Origin: Gemmatimonadales bacterium
Lineage (GTDB): Bacteria; Gemmatimonadota; Gemmatimonadetes; Gemmatimonadales; JACORV01
Assembly: GCA_030697825.1 (NCBI GenBank)
Contig: JAUYOW010000078.1
Span: forward strand, 1-63,529
Direction of reading: 5' to 3'
DNA length: 63,529 nt
The notes under the pieces were generated by a model. The model ran no database searches. It had not been told where the DNA came from and saw only the letters and a list, made by a program, of their open reading frames with translations. The translations under genes and the position numbers were made by a program. This document shows, one piece after another, positions 8,202 to 14,139 of this stretch (the stretch's first letter is position 1; each line of letters begins with the position of its first letter).

Positions 8202-8246
8202 TGGCCAGGGACGGAATCGAACCGCCGACACGCGGATTTTCAGTCG
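8202..8246 (-). pseudogene. tRNA-Phe(GAA) 3' fragment (anticodon loop to acceptor 3' strand)
   Basis: The reverse complement reads ACTGAAAATCCGCGTGTCGGCGGTTCGATTCCGTCCCTGGCCA. This gives a CTGAAAA anticodon loop, a variable loop, a T-arm (GGCGG TTCGATT CCGTC), and an acceptor 3' strand. No matching 5' acceptor strand (GGCCAGG) or D-arm follows. Confidence 0.6.
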
Positions 8247-8691
8247 CCGACAGGGCTTTCCTCGTGAACCCCTTGAGGTCTCCCGCAGTCACCAAGCCTA
8301 TCCGACAGTAGCAGACAAGATTCTGGGCCGTCCCCGCCTGTCCCGGTAAGGCTGATCCTGTCCCGCCCCACTATCCGCACCAGTCTGCGGGCTCCCCTGC
8401 GCAGCCCGTTGCTCGTCCTCCGCCTCGTCCTCCTTCAGGAACCAGAGGAGCCGAGAGAACTTGGTTCAGCCTCTCGCTGAAGTTTGTGTTTTCGAGATGT
8501 TTTCCGCTGACGGGCTGAAGCGACTCAGCCCAACTTGCGGCCTCAACCTGGGGCTGGCACTGGTCGGGCGCCGTCGCCACGGAATGCCGGCTGCTGGCTC
8601 AACCGCACCGCGGTCACCTTAAACTCGAGGCTGTACTCTCGCACCTTCCTCGGCCCCGGCCGTGCCACAGACACCCCCTTGTTAGATGGAA

Positions 8692-8841
8692 GTGTCTACG
8701 AAAGTGAGGGAGGTTCCCGGGCCGGCTGGACGCGCTGGCGGCGCCCGCGCCGAGCTTCTATGCTAGAGACAGTATTCAGAGGCGCGGGCTTGCCAGCGCG
8801 TCCAAGACGCCGGCCCGCAGCTTAAACCCATCGCGTTATAC
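8692..8841 (+). repeat. attC site (family A, degenerate R'')
   Basis: GTGTCTAC looks like GTCTAAC minus one A. It is followed by ccgggccggctggacgcgctggcgg pairing with gccagcgcgtccaagacgccggcccgcag, then CTTAAA, then R' GTTATAC (8835-8841). Confidence 0.55.
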
Positions 8842-8889
8842 GGCGCCGACGAGTCATCGCGACGAGAGAGAACCGGAGGCGAGCGAGCC

Positions 8890-9126
8890 GTGAACTATGA
8901 CACAGATAAGGTCGACGAGGCGGTGCTCGCCCTCATGTACCTCAACCTGCACGAGGGCTCAGGAGGTACGCGCGCGTGGAAGGGTTTCGACTGGGACGCG
9001 CTTGGGCGCCTCCACCAGCGCGGGATGATAGCGAGCCCTCGTGGCAAGGCGAGATCGGTGCTCCTTACGGCCGAGGGCCGGAAAGCTTGCGAGACCGCAT
9101 TTGCCAGGCAATTCGGCGCCGTCTAA
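8890..9126 (+). CDS. DUF6429-like small protein
   Basis: 78 aa. The pattern DKVDEAVLALMYLNLHE...RAWKGFDWDALGRLHQRGMI is recognised from memory as the DUF6429 family. Its TAA stop is inside R'' GTCTAAC. Confidence 0.6.
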   Translation: MNYDTDKVDEAVLALMYLNLHEGSGGTRAWKGFDWDALGRLHQRGMIASPRGKARSVLLTAEGRKACETAFARQFGAV

Positions 9127-9314
9127 CTTGCGCTGAGCCTGTGCGAAAACACCGTTCTGAGCACCCCTAAGTTGTTGATTTACAACGCTGCCACTGCTGC
9201 CAAAGTGGCGTTTTCACACGGGCTCCGCTTGCAGTTGACGGGCCGCCCGCCGAGGTTGGTGCAGCCGCTGCGCACGGAGTGGGCGGCCCGCAACTGAAGC
9301 GCTATCTGTTATGC
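9121..9314 (+). repeat. attC site carrying a 91-bp insertion
   Basis: R'' GTCTAAC (9121-9127) and R' GTTATGC (9308-9314). The inner inverted repeat has gcagttgacgggccgcccgcc pairing with gtgggcggcccgcaactgaagc. Confidence 0.7.
9135..9225. mobile_element. 91-bp MITE-like palindromic element, copy 2
   Basis: Identical in sequence to copy 1. It is flanked by CGCT (9131-9134) and CGCT (9226-9229), at the same offset (14 nt) from the start of R''. Confidence 0.75.
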
Positions 9315-9339
9315 AGCCAGCGATCACCAACAGCGGGAG

Positions 9340-9870
9340 GTGTCCGTGCCTCGGATTCGGTACGCGGTGGCGATCAGTTTGGATGGCTATATCGCAGGGC
9401 CCAAGGGCGAAGCCGACTGGATCCTCATGGATCCTGACATCGATTTTCGCGCCTTATTCGCGCAATTCGACACATTTCTCATGGGGCGCCGCACCTTCGA
9501 GGGAATGGCGGGCGCAGGTGGCCCCGGGGCAGCGGGCGGGAAGACCTTCGTCTTCTCTCGCAGTCTGCGGCCGCTGGACCATCCGGACGTGACGATCATC
9601 GCTGACGTGTCACCAGCGACGGTCGCCCCCATTCGGGCGCAAGCAACGAAGGACATTTGGCTGTTCGGTGGAGGACTCCTGTTTCGGAGTTTTCTGGACG
9701 CGGGGCTCGTGGATACGGTGGAGGTCGCGGTCATCCCAGTGCTCCTCGGCGGCGGGCTCCCGCTTCTTCCACACCCAGCCCATCAGGCGAAGCTCGCGCT
9801 GACCGGCCACCGAGTGTACAAGACGGGCATTGTCTCCCTGGAGTACGCCGTGACAAAACTGGCTGCCTAA
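9340..9870 (+). CDS. dihydrofolate-reductase-family protein (RibD C-terminal-domain type)
   Basis: 176 aa. RYAVAISLDGYIAGPKGEADWI...FLMGRRTFE...IWLFGGGLLFRSFLDAGLVDTVEVAVIPVLLGGG is typical of this family. Its TAA stop is inside R'' GCCTAAC. Confidence 0.75.
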   Translation: MSVPRIRYAVAISLDGYIAGPKGEADWILMDPDIDFRALFAQFDTFLMGRRTFEGMAGAGGPGAAGGKTFVFSRSLRPLDHPDVTIIADVSPATVAPIRAQATKDIWLFGGGLLFRSFLDAGLVDTVEVAVIPVLLGGGLPLLPHPAHQAKLALTGHRVYKTGIVSLEYAVTKLAA

Positions 9871-10085
9871 CTAGCGCTGAGCCTGTGCGAAAACACCGTT
9901 CTAAGCACCCCTAAGTTGTTGATTTACAACGCTGCCACTGCTGCCAAAGTGGCGTTTTCACACGGGCTCCGCTTGAACCTGTCGAGCCGGCTGGCCGCGC
10001 CGACGCTCTTGCGGTAAGTTGTTCAGGAACAGCGCAGCGGCGCGGCCATGACGCCGGCTCGCAGGTTAAGCGCACTTCGTTAGAC
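9865..10085 (+). repeat. attC site (family A) carrying a 91-bp insertion
   Basis: R'' GCCTAAC (9865-9871) and R' GTTAGAC (10079-10085). The backbone is nearly identical to sites 2 and 3. Confidence 0.8.
9879..9969. mobile_element. 91-bp MITE-like palindromic element, copy 3
   Basis: Differs from copies 1 and 2 by one substitution (G to A at 9903). It is flanked by CGCT (9875-9878) and CGCT (9970-9973). Confidence 0.75.
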
Positions 10086-10110
10086 GGCGGCGATTGACCA
10101 TCACGAGCGA

Positions 10111-10362
10111 GTGGTGCAAGCTTCGGCGGTGGACTTTCGGATACTCAGCCGGATAACCAACGTCGAGACCATCGCATCCGGTCGCGGCATCCGTGAACTC
10201 AAGCGCCTTCTGCGGGTGTACGGGAGGGCTCGGTGGCGCAAGCGGAGGGGCGTTGCCACGGTCGAGCTCCAGGACGGCGCGGTTCGGCTCGCCGAGTTAC
10301 ATTGGTACGAGGCGTCAGGAGTGGGTCGCAAGGAGTTCAAGATCAAACACTACCTCGACTAG
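10111..10362 (+). CDS. conserved hypothetical small protein (first gene of a two-gene cassette)
   Basis: 83 aa. It has a basic WRKRRG segment and a C-terminal AELHWYEASGVGRKEFKIK motif. No family assignment is possible by eye. Confidence 0.5.
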   Translation: MVQASAVDFRILSRITNVETIASGRGIRELKRLLRVYGRARWRKRRGVATVELQDGAVRLAELHWYEASGVGRKEFKIKHYLD

Positions 10363-10373
10363 GTCTAACCGCA

Positions 10374-10598
10374 ATGGCCGCTGCTCGCAATTTCGTTCTG
10401 TGCCTTCGCAATGGTGGCTACGAGGTGTCCCTCGAGCCCCGGAAACTCTATCAGGCCATACCCGACCGCCACGCCGCGGCACACGGACAGCTGCGCGTTG
10501 TCGACGAGTCGGGCGAAGACTATCTCTATCCTAAGTCGCTCTTTGCTCCCATCAAGCTACCGCAAGCTGTTCGCCGCGCCGCTTTCGCCGCCGTCTAA
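10374..10598 (+). CDS. conserved hypothetical small protein (second gene of the cassette)
   Basis: Starts at the internal ATG 10374 of the listed 10233-10598 ORF. Translation is MAAARNFVLCLRNGGYEVSLEPRKLYQAIPD...LRVVDESGEDYLYPKSLFAPIKLP. Its TAA stop is inside R'' GTCTAAC. Confidence 0.5.
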   Translation: MAAARNFVLCLRNGGYEVSLEPRKLYQAIPDRHAAAHGQLRVVDESGEDYLYPKSLFAPIKLPQAVRRAAFAAV

Positions 10599-10758
10599 CT
10601 AACAGTTGTAGCTGACGAAGCGCCGCGTCCGCGCCGTGCGCCGTGGCGTTTGTGGGCTGCCTATCGTATGCTCAAGGCAGCTTCCCGCCGGTGGCCGTTC
10701 GGTGCGCACGCGGCACCGTGCCCGGCGGCACTTCGCAGCTAAACTGTACTCGTTAGGT
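10593..10758 (+). repeat. attC site
   Basis: R'' GTCTAAC (10593-10599) and R' GTTAGGT (10752-10758). The long imperfect inverted repeat has agttgtagctgacgaagcgccgc pairing with gcggcacttcgcagctaaactgt. Confidence 0.7.
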
Positions 10759-10778
10759 GGCACACGCTGAGAACCAAT

Positions 10779-11120
10779 GTGCGAGTCGCGACCGGGCTGT
10801 TCGTCCTCGCCCTTGCTGGCTGTCATCGCGCAGCGAGCACTTACAGCGAGACATCGCCTACCAGAACTTGCGCCGGTCGTCTAGTCCTGGAATTCACCAA
10901 TCGTTTAGTGGAACCAGTACAGGTTGGCTGGATTCCCGCAGGCGATTCTAGCACCGTCTCTGTTGAGGTAGGCCCGACCTGGCTCGGTACCATCGGCCGG
11001 GGTACTGCGCGCTATGCGGTAATGGGACCGGGGTACGTGATCTTTCGCACGGCGAACCCCTCTGGGCTCACCGGAGAGCACCATGATGTGACCCACCGTC
11101 TGCTCTGCGTCCAAGGCTAG
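10779..11120 (+). CDS. small lipoprotein (unknown function)
   Basis: 113 aa. The N-terminal MRVATGLFVLALAGC carries a lipobox. Confidence 0.55.
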   Translation: MRVATGLFVLALAGCHRAASTYSETSPTRTCAGRLVLEFTNRLVEPVQVGWIPAGDSSTVSVEVGPTWLGTIGRGTARYAVMGPGYVIFRTANPSGLTGEHHDVTHRLLCVQG

Positions 11121-11158
11121 TAGCAGGGAGCGAGGCGGTTAGAGCCCGAGGTGTGCCA

Positions 11159-11291
11159 CCTAACTAGGAATTGAACCTGTCGAGGGCCGGCTGGCCGCGC
11201 TGGCGGGTGCACTCGCCAAGCGTTATCGTAGGCTACGTAGGGCCAGCGCGGCCAAGGCGCCGGCTTGCAGCTTATGCACTATGCGTTATAC
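11159..11291 (+). repeat. attC site (family A)
   Basis: R'' ACCTAAC, then TTGAAC, then ctgtcgagggccggctggccgcgctggcg pairing with ccagcgcggccaaggcgccggcttgcag, then CTTATG, then R' GTTATAC (11285-11291). Confidence 0.75.
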
Positions 11292-11318
11292 GCATTAGCC
11301 GATTCGGTTGGTGGTGTG

Positions 11319-11801
11319 ATGCAGATTCGGCGGCTAGAACCCTCAGACCGCGAGTGGTCGAACGCGCTGGTCGGCGCCCATTTCGGCTCGTCACGCGTCG
11401 TCTCACGCGGTCGGCTGTACGACGCGACTGCCCTTCCCGGGTTCATCGCGATGCATGACGGTGTCCCTGCGGGCCTGCTCCAGTTCCGGATCGCCGGGAG
11501 CACCTGCGAGGTCGTGGTCCTGGTGGTCGAACGGCCCCGCGAGGGTGTCGGCACTGCCTTGCTGGACTCGATGCGGGAGGCGGCTCGCTCCGCCGGTTGC
11601 TCTCGTCTGTGGCTCGTCACGACCAACGACAACACGGTGGCGCAGTCGTTCTATCGGGCTCTCGGCTGGCGGCTCGTGACGGTCCACAAAGGGGCCGTGA
11701 CGCGCTCGCGCGTCCTCAAGCCGGAGATTCCTGAGTTTGGCGCAAACGGTGTGGCGATCGAGGACGAACTTGAATACGAACTGTGCGTAAGTCGCGTATA
11801 A
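11319..11801 (+). CDS. GNAT-family N-acetyltransferase
   Basis: The start is taken at ATG 11319, because the listed start at 11265 lies inside the attC. ERPREGVGTALLDSMREAARSAGCSRLWLVTTNDNTVAQSFYRALGW is a GNAT motif A region. Its TAA stop is inside R'' GTATAAC. Confidence 0.75.
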   Translation: MQIRRLEPSDREWSNALVGAHFGSSRVVSRGRLYDATALPGFIAMHDGVPAGLLQFRIAGSTCEVVVLVVERPREGVGTALLDSMREAARSAGCSRLWLVTTNDNTVAQSFYRALGWRLVTVHKGAVTRSRVLKPEIPEFGANGVAIEDELEYELCVSRV

Positions 11802-11881
11802 CAAGAGCTTGAACCTGACGCGCCGAAGGTGGTCATACTCTGAAAGCGCGCGGCGCGCAGGTTAAGCTCAACACGTTAGCG
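11796..11881 (+). repeat. attC site (short)
   Basis: R'' GTATAAC (11796-11802), then cttgaacctgacgcgccg pairing with gcgcggcgcgcaggttaag, then R' GTTAGCG (11875-11881). Confidence 0.65.
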
Positions 11882-12006
11882 TGCAGCAAAGAACAAAGTT
11901 GGTTTCGGGAAGAGCGGCATCGTCTCAATCATTCGGCCATCGGTCCGCTGCGCCAGGGCAGCCGCAGCTTTGGATGCACGCGGCGGCGCCCCACCATGGT
12001 GGCGAT

Positions 12007-12096
12007 CGGCACATGGTTGAGAGCGGCGCGATCTTCCCAGACGCTGGTTTCGTTCTGGGCGCCACCGCGCCGCAACTTAAGCCCATGTCGTTCGGC
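12007..12096 (+). repeat. degenerate attC-like site closing an ORF-less cassette
   Basis: ggttgagagcggcgcg pairs with cgcgccgcaactt, followed by aagcccatgtc and R' GTTCGGC (12090-12096). The R'' is poorly conserved (CGGCACA). Confidence 0.4.
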
Positions 12097-12114
12097 GGCC
12101 TAGGAACGGTGAGA

Positions 12115-12636
12115 ATGACCGACACTCAGCAGGAGATTCAAATCCGTGGCGCGGTGCTTGATGACGCCGAAGCGCTCGTCAGCGTTCTCAACCCAATCAT
12201 CGAAGCGGGAACCACGGCACTCGATACGATGCTGACGGTTGCTGACGAGCGCGACTACATTGCGAGCTTGCCAGAGCGAGCGATCTTTCTCGTCGCGGCA
12301 CGGGCGCTCGACGGAACGCTCGTCGGGTGCCAAAGCGTGGAACCGTTCACGACTGGGGGGACGCACGCCTTCGATCACGTTGGGGTGATGGGGACCTACG
12401 TGGCCGTGGGGCACCAACGGCGGGGGATTGGGCGGCGATTGTTCGAGGCGATGTTCGAGCAGGCGCGGCGCAAGGGCTACGAGAAGATCTTCACGTATGT
12501 GCGTGCGGACAACACGGCAGGGATGGCGGCGTACCTTGGGCAGGGATTTCGGGTCATCGGGACGGCTGAACGACATGCGAAGATCGATGGACAATATATT
12601 GACGAGGTGCTCATCGAGCGGTTTCTACCCGACTGA
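12115..12636 (+). CDS. GNAT-family N-acetyltransferase (YncA/PAT-like)
   Basis: The start is taken at ATG 12115, downstream of the attC-like site and preceded by ggtgag. HVGVMGTYVAVGHQRRGIGRRLFEAMFEQARRKGYEKIFTYVRADNTAGMAAYLGQGF is a GNAT core. Confidence 0.75.
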   Translation: MTDTQQEIQIRGAVLDDAEALVSVLNPIIEAGTTALDTMLTVADERDYIASLPERAIFLVAARALDGTLVGCQSVEPFTTGGTHAFDHVGVMGTYVAVGHQRRGIGRRLFEAMFEQARRKGYEKIFTYVRADNTAGMAAYLGQGFRVIGTAERHAKIDGQYIDEVLIERFLPD

Positions 12637-12673
12637 CTGCCTACGGGTCGAAGCAAAACGTACAGCAACGGCC

Positions 12674-12767
12674 GCCGAACCAGCGCTTGCACCGGAGGCC
12701 GGCGCAGCCGAGGCCTCATCCTTCGTCCGGTATCGTTGCGCCGGCCCGGTGAACTTGGTCGTTCGGC
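12674..12767 (+). repeat. attC site (family B)
   Basis: R'' GCCGAAC, spacer cagcgc, TTGCAC, then ccggaggccggcgcagc pairing with gttgcgccggcccgg, then TGAAC, then ttggtc and R' GTTCGGC (12761-12767). Confidence 0.75.
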
Positions 12768-12788
12768 GGCTTGCCGCGGCGTGACTGT

Positions 12789-13529
12789 ATGGTGAATGAA
12801 CTCGGGCATGTTTGCGAACTTGTGCGGTATCCCGTCAAGTCGATGGCTGGTACCGTGACGGAGTCGGCATTTCTCGGGTGGCACGGTCTCGATGGTGATC
12901 GGCGCTTCGCCTTCCGGCGCTTGGGAGATGACAGCGGTTTCCCGTGGCTTACCGCGAGCCGCGTCGCTGAACTCCTTCTGTACCACCCGTTCGGTCTCGA
13001 CGAGAGTACCGGCGAGCCCCTGCCAACTCACGTACGCACACCGGTCGGAACGCACGTGGAGCTTCGCAGCGTAGAGCTCCAGAGCGAGGTCGGCGAGCGT
13101 TTTGGGAGCAGCGTGGAATTGATGAGGCTCAAGCACGGGATCTTCGATGAAGCCTCGGTATCGGTGATTAGCCTGGCGACCATTGCTGGCATCGGTGGCG
13201 AGGCGGGAGTGGACCTCGATCGCAGGCGCTTCCGAGCCAACATTGTGCTTGAGACTCGCGGCCGCGAGCCGTTTCTCGAGGATGGGTGGGTTGGCGGGAC
13301 ACTGGTGTTCGGCAACAGCGAGCCAAGGCCAGCCGTGAGCGTGACGGTGCGCGACGTGCGATGTATGATGATCAACCTCGATCCGGACACGGGCACACAA
13401 GACGCGCGGGTGCTGAAGACAGTCGTCCGGCTGAACAAGAACAACGCGGGCGTCTATGGAACGGTGGTGCAAACCGGTACAATCCGCGTTGGCGACCCAG
13501 TGAGCCTCGTATTGGACGCGCGGCGCTAA
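12789..13529 (+). CDS. MOSC-domain protein (YcbX-like)
   Basis: VCELVRYPVKSMAGT...GLDGDRRFAF is a MOSC N-terminal beta-barrel pattern, followed by a C-terminal MOSC-like region (FRANIVLE...). The start is taken at ATG 12789. Confidence 0.7.
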   Translation: MVNELGHVCELVRYPVKSMAGTVTESAFLGWHGLDGDRRFAFRRLGDDSGFPWLTASRVAELLLYHPFGLDESTGEPLPTHVRTPVGTHVELRSVELQSEVGERFGSSVELMRLKHGIFDEASVSVISLATIAGIGGEAGVDLDRRRFRANIVLETRGREPFLEDGWVGGTLVFGNSEPRPAVSVTVRDVRCMMINLDPDTGTQDARVLKTVVRLNKNNAGVYGTVVQTGTIRVGDPVSLVLDARR

Positions 13530-13554
13530 GACGAGCGTTTGACGTTTTCGCGCC

Positions 13555-13647
13555 GCCGAACTAGCGGTTGCACCGGACGCGGCGCAGCGGAGTCTTATTG
13601 GTTCATCGAGTGCGGCCGCGCCGCGCCGGTGAACCTGGGCGTTAGGC
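13555..13647 (+). repeat. attC site (family B); last confident site
   Basis: R'' GCCGAAC (13555-13561), spacer tagcgg, TTGCAC, then cggacgcggcgcagcgg pairing with ccgcgccgcgccgg, then TGAAC, then ctgggc and R' GTTAGGC (13641-13647). Confidence 0.75.
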
Positions 13648-13701
13648 AGCAACCGACGCTGCGACCTGATTTGTGTCGCCGGACTGGCCCGTACTACGCT
13701 G

Positions 13702-14010
13702 TTGGGGTCTTACGACCAGCCTAGGCTCCACTTCCTCGGTGCGTCCGCGCTGGTGCTTGGCTCGCTGCTCATCGGCATGGCAGGCTACGCCCACTTCGAA
13801 GGCCTGGCTTGGCGGGATGCCTTTCTGAATGCCGCGATGCTGCTTGGCGGTATGGAGCCGGTTGAATCGCCTCAGACCGCTGGGGGCAAGCTCTTCGCCG
13901 GTCTTTACGCCCTCTACGCTGGTCTCGTGTTCCTCGTTGCGGTGGGTATCGTTTTGGCGCCGGTCGTCCATCGGCTGCTGCACCGGTTCCATTGGGACGC
14001 TGACGGCTGA
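13702..14010 (+). CDS. small multi-TM membrane protein (ion-channel pore-loop-like, unknown function)
   Basis: 102 aa with three hydrophobic segments. WRDAFLNAAMLLGGMEP resembles a degenerate pore-loop region. The start codon is uncertain (TTG 13702 or ATG 13777). Confidence 0.45.
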   Translation: MGSYDQPRLHFLGASALVLGSLLIGMAGYAHFEGLAWRDAFLNAAMLLGGMEPVESPQTAGGKLFAGLYALYAGLVFLVAVGIVLAPVVHRLLHRFHWDADG

Positions 14011-14067
14011 CCGGGACGCCCGCGGGCCGCGCGACCGTGAGCGGTCCCCCGCGCTCAGGCACTTGCG

Positions 14068-14128
14068 GACGAAGAGGACTCGGCCCAGGGACCCGCGGAG
14101 GGGCACGACGGGATCCTCATCGTTCGTG
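14068..14128 (+). repeat. possible degenerate attC-like site
   Basis: GACGAAG is followed by GAGGACTC pairing with GGATCCTC, then catc and GTTCGTG (14122-14128). It is short, both core boxes deviate, and it does not match the TTAGGC half-site at 13642. Confidence 0.2.
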
Positions 14129-14139
14129 GTGGTGGCGGC

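Larger units (their letters stand above)
2489..13647 (+). mobile_element. integron-type gene-cassette array (no intI in window; CALIN-like)
   Basis: Series of attC-like sites with RYYYAAC / GTTRRRY ends that delimit short same-strand ORFs. Cassette 5' half-sites match their own 3' R'' boxes. Confidence 0.8.

Noticed and set aside
8065-8295. A 76-aa minus-strand ORF containing ...NPRVGGSIPS...
   Set aside because: It is the translation shadow of the tRNA T-arm (GGTTCGATTCC), not a protein gene.
8597-8687. A possible attC from GCTCAAC (8597) to GTTAGAT (8681).
   Set aside because: There is no convincing internal inverted repeat. The left part is better explained as the minus-strand IS3-OrfA-like relic (YSLEFKVTAVRL). 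Only the GTTAGAT core looks genuine, probably as the end of a disrupted site.
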